64,000 bases of DNA, taken from positions 478 through 64,477 of the forward strand of contig JAFGJZ010000167.1 in the NCBI GenBank assembly GCA_016928815.1. Reading direction: 5' to 3'. The translations under genes and the position numbers were made by a program. Under the pieces are notes generated by a model. The model was given only the letters and a program-made list of their open reading frames with translations. It searched no databases and had not been told where the DNA came from. This DNA is from Spirochaetota bacterium. GTDB taxonomy: Bacteria; Spirochaetota; UBA4802; JAFGJZ01. Of this stretch, positions 20,403 to 29,685 are shown one piece after another (position 1 is the first letter of the stretch; each line of letters begins with the position of its first letter).

Positions 20403-22932
20403 CAGGCATATCCACAATATTTTTAACTTTCTGATAAATAAACGAAATTGCAAAAAAAACAGCTGCAAATCCGAAATAGGCAAATATTTTTCCGACTGTT
20501 TCAAGTGTTCTCAAATCCCAGAAGAAAAATTTTGCCAATGCAAAAACCGTAAGACCAAGTCCAAGAAGCCGTACGTTAACATATTTTTTTATAAAACCAT
20601 ATGTGATAGACAGAAGTGCAATAATCAGAAAAGAAAAACTGATTATCAGATTTTCGGAAGAAAAATCCCCCTGATTTATAATAAGAACTGTTATCTGAAA
20701 AAGCAGATATACAACTATTACAGGCGGATAAATTTCCAGTGATTTTCCGGATGACTTTATAAAATCAATTGTGACAGTACGGACTATCATAAAAGACAAA
20801 ATACTTATTAAGATCAGTGCCGCTATGGAAATAATCCTGATTATACTGTTCTCTGAAAAATCTACTGATAGAATTCTGTTATTTACACTCAGTGATATTA
20901 CCGTCAGTACGGATATAACATATAATATTACTGATAAAATCTTCATGACTGTATCTTTGATAATTTTAATGTTTCTGTATATAAAAGCCGTAAGTGCACT
21001 GAATATGGCGACTGCCAGCAGGCCGTAAAATTCAAGAACATTAGAAACGGATTGTGAATACTGCTGCAAACTGTTTTCATATTTTTCAAGAAGATAATCT
21101 GAAATAACAATGAGAAAAAGCCATAAAGTAAAAGCTGAAAAATACTTTATGACAAGTCCGGCTTTTCCCTGAGGCTGATAAATTGAAATCTTCTTATCGT
21201 AAATATCCTTTGAATAGAACAATGAAATTATGACACCTCCGGCCGCAACGGCCAGAAACTTATACGGAAAAAACTCAGTCTGATAAAACAGATAGTATGA
21301 AGTAAAATCGTAAAAATAAAAAGCAATGCTGCAGAGGGCTGAAATTATCCATCCGGCATATTCTATATATTTCAGCCTGTTTTTATATCCTGCAACCGTA
21401 AGTACAATTCCTTCGACAAGCCATCCCATTGATGCCCATTTTATGCCGAATTGAAAAGGAATCATCAGTACCGCAAAAGTCAGTGCGGTGACATAAAAAA
21501 TTACAGCCGCAGTTTTTTCTGCATTAATAAATTTCACAATAAGACTTCCCGTTGCGAAAGAAATCAGAGCAAAAACGAGAGCAATAATACCATCAGCATC
21601 CTGGATTTCATGAATCCTGAAAACGGCAAATACAACTGAACAATTCACGATTATATTCAATCCGAGAATACAGATTTCAACAGTTCTTAATCTGATTTTA
21701 TAAAGAAGCGGATAACCTAGAATAATTACGGTATAGAGAACAAACAGAAGAATTATGAAACCAATCTGAGCTGAAAAAATTTCCATGTTAAGAGACAGAA
21801 TTGACAAAGTCGGCGCAAACAGAATATAACTTACAGGAAGAAGAACCCGCCACTGTTTCTTGACAGATACAATCAGAAGAAAAAGATTAAGCAGAATAAT
21901 ATAACCTGCAGCGATATAAATACTGTTTTCTGTCAGATCATAATTATAAACATAAGTAAAAAACGGAAGATAACCGCCTGCAAGAGAAATTATACCGATA
22001 GTTTCAGATTTATATCTCAGACTCATTAGCGCGGCACAGGCTGTAACAATTATAGAAAGCATCATAGCCGTTTCAAGATTCAGTATATGAAGAAGCATGT
22101 AACTGTAAAACAGTGCTCCATAAAGAATTCCGATTCCCCCGCCCAGAAGCCCTTTCGAAAAAACATCTTTTGTCTTTCTATGGAAAAATTCACCTCCGGC
22201 AATAAAAAGCAAACCGGCGGCAAAGAATACCGAACCTTTCATGTAATCATTAAACCATTTGGCATATGAATAACGGGCAAGAACACCCATTCCCATCAGA
22301 AACAGAAAAACTGCAATTTTATTCAGCCAGTTAAGTCCGATTTTCAATTCAATTTTATTCTGTCGGATTCTTTTCTGAATTACATCATCAGATACCTGTT
22401 CAGAACCGAGTTTTCTGTACTTTTCGTCATTCAGGCTCATTTGAGTCTTATATTCACTTTCAATGAGTTTCTGCTGCTCCTCCAGTACCGCATTATATTT
22501 TTCTTTTAATTTATTAAGCTCATTCAGCAGTTCCGGCTGCTTTGCTTTAATACCGGAAAGAATTTTTTTCTCCAGATTATATATTCCTCTTCTCATTTCA
22601 GATTCAGCGGAATTCAGATTATTCAATCCCGTCTCTTTGCTTTTTCCGAAATATGTATTTATCTTATTCATTGAACTTTTAAGTATACTTAATTTTTCAT
22701 CAATTATCTGTTCACGCAGAATAAGCTTTAGTGAATTATTGTTTTCTTCAAGCCTGTCGGCTTTTTGCCTTAACTCTGAAAATTCTTTTTTCAGCAGTTC
22801 ATTTTCCCTGAGCAGATCTGCATTTTCCTGAATGTAATTATGCGAATTCAATTCACGAACGGATTTCTCAAGATCGGAAATATTCTTTTTCTGATCCCGC
22901 ACAAGATCAAGAACCGTTTTTAATAATTCCAT
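20389..22932 (-). CDS. Large polytopic membrane protein, DUF2339-like (N-terminal coiled coil of about 200 aa, then at least 20 TM helices)
   Basis: Heptad-rich N-terminus (…LEKSVRELNSHNY…LKKEFSELRQKADRLEENNNSLK…). The remainder is almost entirely hydrophobic helices. Confidence 0.55.
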   Translation of the reverse strand: MELLKTVLDLVRDQKKNISDLEKSVRELNSHNYIQENADLLRENELLKKEFSELRQKADRLEENNNSLKLILREQIIDEKLSILKSSMNKINTYFGKSKETGLNNLNSAESEMRRGIYNLEKKILSGIKAKQPELLNELNKLKEKYNAVLEEQQKLIESEYKTQMSLNDEKYRKLGSEQVSDDVIQKRIRQNKIELKIGLNWLNKIAVFLFLMGMGVLARYSYAKWFNDYMKGSVFFAAGLLFIAGGEFFHRKTKDVFSKGLLGGGIGILYGALFYSYMLLHILNLETAMMLSIIVTACAALMSLRYKSETIGIISLAGGYLPFFTYVYNYDLTENSIYIAAGYIILLNLFLLIVSVKKQWRVLLPVSYILFAPTLSILSLNMEIFSAQIGFIILLFVLYTVIILGYPLLYKIRLRTVEICILGLNIIVNCSVVFAVFRIHEIQDADGIIALVFALISFATGSLIVKFINAEKTAAVIFYVTALTFAVLMIPFQFGIKWASMGWLVEGIVLTVAGYKNRLKYIEYAGWIISALCSIAFYFYDFTSYYLFYQTEFFPYKFLAVAAGGVIISLFYSKDIYDKKISIYQPQGKAGLVIKYFSAFTLWLFLIVISDYLLEKYENSLQQYSQSVSNVLEFYGLLAVAIFSALTAFIYRNIKIIKDTVMKILSVILYVISVLTVISLSVNNRILSVDFSENSIIRIISIAALILISILSFMIVRTVTIDFIKSSGKSLEIYPPVIVVYLLFQITVLIINQGDFSSENLIISFSFLIIALLSITYGFIKKYVNVRLLGLGLTVFALAKFFFWDLRTLETVGKIFAYFGFAAVFFAISFIYQKVKNIVDMPDVKK

Positions 22933-22956
22933 GCAACCTCTCTTTCCATAAATATT

Positions 22957-23214
22957 CTATTCCGCATCAAACATTCTGGCTTCATATGCAAGCTGGTTCA
23001 GCAGATCTTCAAGAATTCTGCTTCTGTCATTCTTTGAAGGAATTGAATCCTGCATATATCTTTCTATTGCATCAACTGCTTTATCAAGTGAAGTTGCAGC
23101 TTTTGAAGTATTAAAATAATGAAAAATCAGCTTATGCGATGTAGATGACAATTCGCTTTTTGAAATATATTCAATAACATCGATTAATGCCTTTCTCAAT
23201 TCATCACGTCCCAT
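22957..23214 (-). CDS. Small helical protein of unknown function
   Basis: 85 aa. GGAGG SD at correct spacing. Compact helical pattern. Confidence 0.35.
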   Translation of the reverse strand: MGRDELRKALIDVIEYISKSELSSTSHKLIFHYFNTSKAATSLDKAVDAIERYMQDSIPSKNDRSRILEDLLNQLAYEARMFDAE

Positions 23215-23226
23215 GTAACCTCCGGT

Positions 23227-23763
23227 TCAGATTATTAATTTCCAACCTGAAAAATCAGGTTCAAACTCTTTTTCAGTATGAGGCCCTCTGCCGTCAAAAA
23301 TAAGCATCTGTAATTCTCCGTTTTCAGCCCATTCCTCCGCTGTCGGCTTCCATCCGAATTCCAGGAGCTGAAGAACATCTTCATCGCATCCGCCGCTTCC
23401 GCATCCTGTCGAACATGAATCATCGTAATGCTTTCGGCAGTCTGACAATGCTGTTTTATAGCTTTTACCGGTTTCTATTAGAATACCTGAGATGTCCTTA
23501 AAATCAGAAAGATACCTGTCTTCAGTCCATCCGGTATATTTTTTACCTGAATAAGGATTTGTCACTATTATTTTTCTGTAATCATCTTTTTTTTCTTTTC
23601 CATCTTCAACCTTACATAAGAAATAGACTGTTAAAACAATATTTGAATCAGGTGAAGGGTTTTCCAAAATATCCGCTTTTGCGAAATTTATGATTAAATA
23701 TGCGTTACTGCTGCAGGCAGTAATAACAGTAATAAAACACATCATTATAAAAAAATTTTTCAT
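23227..23763 (-). CDS. Cys-rich lipoprotein of unknown function
   Basis: Lipobox VITACSS. Cys cluster CSTGCGSGGC. Confidence 0.4.
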   Translation of the reverse strand: MKNFFIMMCFITVITACSSNAYLIINFAKADILENPSPDSNIVLTVYFLCKVEDGKEKKDDYRKIIVTNPYSGKKYTGWTEDRYLSDFKDISGILIETGKSYKTALSDCRKHYDDSCSTGCGSGGCDEDVLQLLEFGWKPTAEEWAENGELQMLIFDGRGPHTEKEFEPDFSGWKLII

Positions 23764-23890
23764 TTATCGCCGCACATAATAAAGAATAATAGACATACAA
23801 ATAGATCATTTAAATTAAATAATATCAACAATAATTAATATTGACTCAAATACATCATATTATAAAATCCGATTAATTGAGGTAAAACAT

Positions 23891-25192
23891 ATGACAACTG
23901 AAACTTATGCCAAATATGCAAAAACAGCATCAATCATGACAGCATCAGCATCAGAGGAAATTAAAAACAGGGCACTGAAGAATATAGCCGCAGCACTGCT
24001 TGAAAATAAAGAAAAAATTTTTCATGCGAATAAAATAGATATTGAGCGCAGTGAAAAGGAAAATCTCGCACTCCCGCTTCTTAAACGTCTTAAATTCGAC
24101 GAACTGAAGCTTAAGGAGGTCATATCCGGCATTGAAAGCCTGATTAAACTTGATGATCCTGTTGGAAAGACTCTTCTTTCAACAGAACTTGATAAAGGCC
24201 TGGAATTATATAAAATCAGCTGTCCGATAGGAGTAATCGGAATAATTTTTGAATCGCGTCCTGACGCGCTTGTGCAGATATCAGCACTCTGTCTGAAAAG
24301 CGGAAATGCAGTGATGCTCAAGGGCGGCAGTGAAGCATTTGAAACAAACCATGTCCTTGCTGAAATAATTTACAATGCTTCCGTAAATTCAGGTATTCCT
24401 GAAAACTGGCTGTATCTTGTTGAATCAAGATCGCAGGTATCTGAAATGCTGAAGTACGATAAATATATTGATCTGATAATTCCGCGTGGTTCAAATGAGT
24501 TTGTGAAATATATAATGGACAATTCAAACATACCTGTTCTCGGACATGCAGACGGAATATGCCACTGTTTCATAGATGAATATGCAGAAACAGATAAAGC
24601 CGTGTCAATTGCAGTTGATTCTAAAACTCAGTATGTCGCAGTTTGCAACGCGGTTGAAACAATACTTGTTCATGAAAAATGCGCTGCACGTATACTTCCG
24701 GCACTTAAGCAGAAACTTGAAGAAAAGAATGTAAGAATTTTCAGCTGCGAAAAAACACTGAAGTTCATAAATACTGAAAAAGCATCTGAAAAGGACTGGG
24801 GAATGGAGTACCTAGACTATATTGTTTCAATCAAAACAGTATCAACAGTCCGTGAAGCAATTGATCACATTAATAAATACGGTTCCGGGCATACAGATGT
24901 AATTGTCACTGAAAATACGGATAATGCCGATTTATTTATGAATCTGGTAGATTCAGGAAATGTATTCTGGAACTGTTCGAGCCGTTTTTCCGACGGATTC
25001 AAATACGGTTTCGGCGCAGAAGTCGGCATAAGTACAAACAAAATACATGCAAGAGGCCCTGTCGGACTGGACGGACTTCTTATCTATAAATATAAATTAA
25101 TCGGTAAAGGACAGACAGTAGAGGATTATGCAGCGGGAATTAAAAAATTCAAACATAAACCATTGAAAAACAAGAAATTTAAAATTAATTAA
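23891..25192 (+). CDS. proA: Gamma-glutamyl phosphate reductase (glutamate-5-semialdehyde dehydrogenase)
   Basis: ProA-like N-terminus (…EEIKNRALKNIAAALLENKEKIFHANKIDIE…LPLLKRLKFDE…). ALDH-type core (VIGIIFESRPDA…NAVMLKGGSEA). Catalytic Cys region VCNAVETILVHE. Confidence 0.9.
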   Translation: MTTETYAKYAKTASIMTASASEEIKNRALKNIAAALLENKEKIFHANKIDIERSEKENLALPLLKRLKFDELKLKEVISGIESLIKLDDPVGKTLLSTELDKGLELYKISCPIGVIGIIFESRPDALVQISALCLKSGNAVMLKGGSEAFETNHVLAEIIYNASVNSGIPENWLYLVESRSQVSEMLKYDKYIDLIIPRGSNEFVKYIMDNSNIPVLGHADGICHCFIDEYAETDKAVSIAVDSKTQYVAVCNAVETILVHEKCAARILPALKQKLEEKNVRIFSCEKTLKFINTEKASEKDWGMEYLDYIVSIKTVSTVREAIDHINKYGSGHTDVIVTENTDNADLFMNLVDSGNVFWNCSSRFSDGFKYGFGAEVGISTNKIHARGPVGLDGLLIYKYKLIGKGQTVEDYAAGIKKFKHKPLKNKKFKIN

Positions 25193-25275
25193 AAATTTTA
25201 AATATACTTGCACTGTAATAGGAAATACTATAGGATCAATTTCAGACTCAGTAAAAAAATTACCAGGATGATATC

Positions 25276-26262
25276 ATGAAAAAACACATTTTAATAATCA
25301 TTTTGCTTTTTGTCTCCATAACTCCTATTTTTTCACTTACTATCGGAAAAAAAGAAATTAAGATACCGACTCCTACCGCTGAACTTAAAAAGGTTGAAAT
25401 AGAAAAAATATCACTGAGGGACATTGATTTTATATTTTATATTGAAATAAGCAATCCATACCCGATAAAATTAAATCTTGATGACGTCATGTTTACCTTC
25501 TTTGTCGAAGATAAACAGTTCTTCAAAACAAACACAAGAAACGGTCTTGGCATCAAGGCCAAAAATAAAAAAATTACTGAATTCAGAGTAAATATTAAAT
25601 ATATGGATATTATTAATATAGTAAAGGATTATTCGAAAAAAGAATATCTGGACTGCAGAAGCGATGTAAGACTGGTGATTCCCCTTCCCAAAATGTCCGG
25701 TCTGCCGAAAAACATAACATTTGATTTCAGTGCAAAAAACACCCTGCCGGCTGTAAAGCCGAAAATTTCAATAGCTCAGTTCAAGGTTCAAAAACCGTCA
25801 TTAGCCCAAATTACAGATGCATTAAACAAGCAGAAGAAAAAAGCTAATGCTTCCGATATATCTGATATGTTTGCTGATATTTTAAGCGGGAAACCGGCTA
25901 AAAAAATTATTGATCCTGCTTCACTGGATATTCCGATTAAAATTGATTTTGACATAGTTCTTCAAAACGAAACTGCGCATAAACTGATTTTTAACAATCT
26001 TAATTATGATTTTTTCATAGGGAAAGACAAACTTGTAACCGGACTGACAAAAGATATTGAGCAAAAAAACAATGCGTCCATCATTACCGTATCAAATACT
26101 TTCAGTTCCAAACAGCTTTCCAAATCCGTAATGAGCTTTTTTAATAAAGGGTCCGGCGATTTCATGGTGAAAGGAAATACCAAACTTGAGCTGCCGAAAA
26201 AAATAAGTCAGTCTCCTCTAAATCTTGATTTTGCGGAAGGCGGACAGTTCTCAATAAAATAA
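25276..26262 (+). CDS. Secreted protein of unknown function
   Basis: Signal peptide MKKHILIIILLFVSITPIFS. Two internally similar beta-rich halves. No catalytic motif recognised. Confidence 0.4.
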   Translation: MKKHILIIILLFVSITPIFSLTIGKKEIKIPTPTAELKKVEIEKISLRDIDFIFYIEISNPYPIKLNLDDVMFTFFVEDKQFFKTNTRNGLGIKAKNKKITEFRVNIKYMDIINIVKDYSKKEYLDCRSDVRLVIPLPKMSGLPKNITFDFSAKNTLPAVKPKISIAQFKVQKPSLAQITDALNKQKKKANASDISDMFADILSGKPAKKIIDPASLDIPIKIDFDIVLQNETAHKLIFNNLNYDFFIGKDKLVTGLTKDIEQKNNASIITVSNTFSSKQLSKSVMSFFNKGSGDFMVKGNTKLELPKKISQSPLNLDFAEGGQFSIK

Positions 26263-26271
26263 AATTCTTAA

Positions 26272-26307
26272 AATAAAAAAACACTCCTGAACGGAGTGTT
26301 TTTTTCA
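26272..26307. terminator. Bidirectional rho-independent terminator between the secreted protein gene (+) and the hsp20 operon (-)
   Basis: AAAAAAA-ACACTCC-tgaac-GGAGTGT-TTTTTTT. Confidence 0.75.
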
Positions 26308-26325
26308 ATAAAAATGATGATTTTA

Positions 26326-26700
26326 TCATTCAGCTGATATTTCAATTTTTCTAGGCTTTAATTCCTCTTTTTTCGGAAGAATCAGTTCCAGAACACCATT
26401 ACTCATTTTCGCCTGAACTTTTTCACTGTCAATGTTATTTCCTACAGTAAATTTTCTGTAATAATCATCCATTTTAAATTCACGCAGCAAAGCTGATTTT
26501 TCATCCTCCAGGATATTGGCGTCCACTTTTCCTTTTATTTCCAGCTCTTCATTTGCTATTACTATTTCAACACCGTCTTTTCCCACTCCAGGCATGTCAG
26601 CAAAAAGTACATACTCATTTTCTGTTTCTCTAATATCCACAGTAGGAACAACATAGGAACTATTTTCTATATTTTCACGTTTTTTAACATCTGTTGACAT
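26326..26700 (-). CDS. Hsp20/alpha-crystallin small heat-shock protein (3rd gene of tandem triplet)
   Basis: ACD pattern. C-terminal GVLELILPKKEELKPRKIEI (IxI-like). AGGAGG SD. Confidence 0.85.
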   Translation of the reverse strand: MSTDVKKRENIENSSYVVPTVDIRETENEYVLFADMPGVGKDGVEIVIANEELEIKGKVDANILEDEKSALLREFKMDDYYRKFTVGNNIDSEKVQAKMSNGVLELILPKKEELKPRKIEISAE

Positions 26701-26711
26701 AATATTCCTCC

Positions 26712-27113
26712 TTACTTAATTTCAATTTTTTTCGGTTTTGCAGCTTCACTTTTTAAAAGTTCAACTGTCAGAATACCGTCTTTCAATACAGCTTTAATAT
26801 TATCACGATCCACTTCATAAGGAAGACGAACCGACTTATTGAAGCAGCCAAAATTGCGTTCATTTCTTACAAAATCAGTTTTTTCGTTTAAGCTTTTTCG
26901 TTCTCCTTTTATCACAACACTGTTATCAACAAGTTCTATTGTAATGTCTTCCACTGAGACTCCCGGCATTACACTTTTCAAAGTAACTTTATCATTTTCC
27001 TCGTACATATTAATATACGGGTAATGTCTTCTCACATTTGAATTACCAAAAAACTTTTCAAATGCATTTCCCATTCTAATAACATCATCCAGAACATCAT
27101 AAGTATAAAACAT
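26712..27113 (-). CDS. Hsp20/alpha-crystallin small heat-shock protein (2nd of triplet)
   Basis: GILTVELLKSEAAKPKKIEIK C-terminus. AGGAGG SD. 11-nt spacing to neighbours. Confidence 0.85.
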   Translation of the reverse strand: MFYTYDVLDDVIRMGNAFEKFFGNSNVRRHYPYINMYEENDKVTLKSVMPGVSVEDITIELVDNSVVIKGERKSLNEKTDFVRNERNFGCFNKSVRLPYEVDRDNIKAVLKDGILTVELLKSEAAKPKKIEIK

Positions 27114-27123
27114 AATATCCTCC

Positions 27124-27576
27124 TTATTTAACTTCTATTTGTATTTTTTTTACTTTTTTACTCTGTGCTTCAGGAAAATCAATTTTCAGAATTCCCTTTG
27201 AGTAAGTTGCTTTTGCTTTATCAGCGTTAACCCCTTCAGGTAAAGATATTGTCCTTGAAAACGAACCGTATCTTCTTTCTGAATAATAGTACCCTTCTTT
27301 ACCTTTTTCCTCCCTTGACTCCTTTTTCTCCCCGGAAATAGTAACAGAATTGTTTTCAATTACTACATTGAGATCCTTCTCATCCAGACCCGGAACCTCA
27401 ATACTTAAATGCAGTCCGTTACTATCCTCTTTCAAATCAACCGCAGGATTCCAGCTGTTTTGCATAAATGAAGATGGTGTCAGGTTAAAAAAATCTTCAA
27501 AAAGATCAGAGAAGCCGGATCCGGTACGGTCCAATTCATTTTTGTTTGTTTTTGATTTAATTAAATTAAAATTCAT
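27124..27576 (-). CDS. Hsp20/alpha-crystallin small heat-shock protein (1st of triplet)
   Basis: Start taken at Met10 (27576), which has a perfect AAAAGGAGGTTAAT SD. The track start 27603 would place the CIRCE element inside the coding sequence. C-terminus GILKIDFPEAQSKKVKKIQIEVK. Confidence 0.85.
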   Translation of the reverse strand: MNFNLIKSKTNKNELDRTGSGFSDLFEDFFNLTPSSFMQNSWNPAVDLKEDSNGLHLSIEVPGLDEKDLNVVIENNSVTISGEKKESREEKGKEGYYYSERRYGSFSRTISLPEGVNADKAKATYSKGILKIDFPEAQSKKVKKIQIEVK

Positions 27577-27592
27577 ATTAACCTCCTTTTTG

Positions 27593-27619
27593 TTAGCACT
27601 CATTCTTATTGAGTGCTAA
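27593..27619. promoter_or_regulatory. CIRCE operator (HrcA binding site): TTAGCACTC-N9-GAGTGCTAA, perfect match
   Basis: Read directly from the sequence: TTAGCACTCattcttattGAGTGCTAA. Lies 16 nt upstream of the first hsp20 start and just downstream of a TTGACG-N17-TATATT promoter on the minus strand (-10 at 27633..27638, -35 at 27656..27661). Confidence 0.85.
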
Positions 27620-27715
27620 CAATCACAATATTAATATACTTATACTTTTTTAAAACGTCAATATGTGATAAAAAAAAATTCGAAATTTTTAAAAAATCTT
27701 TATTGGTATATATTA

Positions 27716-27744
27716 TTGACTTTTCTTTCAATTTGAGGCATAAT
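27716..27744 (+). promoter_or_regulatory. Sigma70-like promoter (TTGACT-N17-CATAAT) for the cyclase-like gene pair
   Basis: TTGACTtttctttcaatttgaggCATAAT, about 20 nt upstream of the ATG at 27766. Confidence 0.5.
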
Positions 27745-27765
27745 TAGACAATTGATGGTATCTTT

Positions 27766-28686
27766 ATGGAAACAACTGCGATATTTTTAAAACAGCTACA
27801 AAATGCACTTTCTGGTTCAATTGATCCAAGAACCATGATACACCTGACCCGCGAACTAATACCCGATTATGAAATTTCAACTCCTGACGGATTACCCGAA
27901 AGTTTTACGCCTTCACGCGTTGATATTGCCGCCCAAATTGTTAAGGATATTCAAAGTCACAACCTCATAATTCCTTTTATAAACATCATGTTGCGAATTC
28001 AGTTTATCGGCTACATGGGACGCAAATATAAAATTTCCGGATTTACGGATCTTCTGAAGTCTTTATACGAAATGGGGTTCAGTCTTGACAGCAAATCAGG
28101 AGTCATTTATGAAAACCCCGCATACCGCGTCAGCAGAAACTGGGGAATATTACAGGAAGGAAATGATTACTCCTTCTGCTTCATGTGGACCGATCTTGTG
28201 AATTATTCATCCATTGTAAGAAATTACTCCAAAAGTGAGGTGCAGAAATTTTACTCAGATTACATGCACATTATACGTACTAATGTTGAAAAACGCAATG
28301 GCCGCATATGGTTTGTAGACGGAGACGGCATTCTGTCAGCATTTCATTTTTCAGACAGCAACCAGTCCGGGGTTTTAAGCGCAATAGAGATACTCCATAC
28401 GGTTCACGATTATAATTTATTCTCCAAAACCATTAATAATGAAATGCAGATAAGAATTTCAATAGAAGCCGGGAGCTGTGAATACAGCGACAATCACGAA
28501 GATACAAAAAAATGTGAAATTATTCAGAAAACAATATCCAATGAAAAAAAAGCCAAACCTAACACCGCCATGATAAGCAGAAATGTAGCTATGTCTGTTG
28601 ATGAAATGATAACATCCTGTTTCTATACCGAATCAAAATCAACTTCTGCTGATTATTATTTCTATAAACTTGAATGGGAAAAATAA
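27766..28686 (+). CDS. Protein with C-terminal degenerate nucleotidyl-cyclase/GGDEF-like palm domain and N-terminal domain of unknown function
   Basis: YSFCFMWTDLVNYSSI...RIWFVDGDGILSAF...MQIRISIEAGSCEY... follows the F.D..GFT / K.IGD / RIGIHTG pattern of class III cyclases. It can equally be aligned with GGDEF (DxD...RYGGEEF becomes VDGDGIL). Degenerate. Homology is by eye only. Confidence 0.4.
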   Translation: METTAIFLKQLQNALSGSIDPRTMIHLTRELIPDYEISTPDGLPESFTPSRVDIAAQIVKDIQSHNLIIPFINIMLRIQFIGYMGRKYKISGFTDLLKSLYEMGFSLDSKSGVIYENPAYRVSRNWGILQEGNDYSFCFMWTDLVNYSSIVRNYSKSEVQKFYSDYMHIIRTNVEKRNGRIWFVDGDGILSAFHFSDSNQSGVLSAIEILHTVHDYNLFSKTINNEMQIRISIEAGSCEYSDNHEDTKKCEIIQKTISNEKKAKPNTAMISRNVAMSVDEMITSCFYTESKSTSADYYFYKLEWEK

Positions 28687-29681
28687 TAATGGACATATAT
28701 ATATTTACAGATGATAAAAAAACAATGAGTCTTTTTTCCTCTCTTGAGAAGTCCAGGGATTTTAATGTAATTATCAAGCCGGTTAACGAATACAAAAATA
28801 TCATAAAAAATCTGGAGCAATGCGAACTGGTATATCTGGACATCCTGAACTTCAAAGATGATGCTGAAATACGAAGAAATTTAAACTATATTCAGAAATA
28901 TAAAAAAATTAGATGCGGTATTATTGATACAAAAAACCGTCTTACGGGGATTGCCCATTATTTCCACCAGGGATTCTGCGACTACATTAACAGTACCGAG
29001 ATTCATAAACCTGTTACAGTTCAGAGAATCAATGAAGTTTATGATTTTAAAACATGTGATTTCAATATTAAAAATGACAGCCGGACCGAACATCTGGTCC
29101 ATGAAAAAACTCAAGGAAAAGAATTATCATGGAATGAAATTTCAGAAGGCAATGAATATAGTTTCCTTCTCATGTATATTCGTCTTGACCGTCAGAAAAA
29201 ACTGAAATCCGAATTCGGGTATGATTTTATTGAAAAAATGACAGAAAAATTTGAAAAATACATTGAACATCTTTCCGGCATGAACAACGGGAAACTATGG
29301 AATTGGGACGTCAATAACGGCATCATTCTTTATCCGTATTCCGACAGCAGCTGCAGCAACGTTATAACCGCTTCATACCGATTCATGCGTGACACGATTT
29401 TACTGTCAAATGAAATCCTGAATTCTCCCGTCAAACTTGATTTTACGATTATACTTGAAAAAGGCGAGATGGAATACCATGCAAGAGGAATGACAGGAAC
29501 AACAATCTCCGAAGCATTGAACAGAATATTTCATGCTGCAGATCTGATGGCTGAACCAGGAAATCTTTATATCTTTGACTCTCTGTTTAAAAACATACCG
29601 CATCAGATAAATCATCTTTATGTCGAAACAGATGATTTTGAGGGGCACGGACTGAAGAGACTGAAAAAATATAATATATAG
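28674..29681 (+). CDS. Response-regulator-like protein: N-terminal REC-like domain fused to degenerate nucleotidyl-cyclase/GGDEF-like palm domain
   Basis: REC pattern IYIFTDD...ELVYLDI...CGIID...GFCDYIN (acidic pocket and a phospho-Asp candidate in YLDI). Palm domain YSFLLMYIRLDRQKKL...KLWNWDVNNGIIL...TISEALNRIF (N/R of the cyclase transition-state motif present). The start may be the ATG at 28689, immediately after the upstream stop. Confidence 0.4.
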   Translation: MGKIIMDIYIFTDDKKTMSLFSSLEKSRDFNVIIKPVNEYKNIIKNLEQCELVYLDILNFKDDAEIRRNLNYIQKYKKIRCGIIDTKNRLTGIAHYFHQGFCDYINSTEIHKPVTVQRINEVYDFKTCDFNIKNDSRTEHLVHEKTQGKELSWNEISEGNEYSFLLMYIRLDRQKKLKSEFGYDFIEKMTEKFEKYIEHLSGMNNGKLWNWDVNNGIILYPYSDSSCSNVITASYRFMRDTILLSNEILNSPVKLDFTIILEKGEMEYHARGMTGTTISEALNRIFHAADLMAEPGNLYIFDSLFKNIPHQINHLYVETDDFEGHGLKRLKKYNI

Positions 29682-29685
29682 CAGG

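Noticed and set aside
20257-20742. 161-aa plus-strand ORF across the DUF3999/DUF2339 junction
   Set aside because: Antisense to two tightly coupled minus-strand genes. Lys/Asn-rich low-complexity translation.
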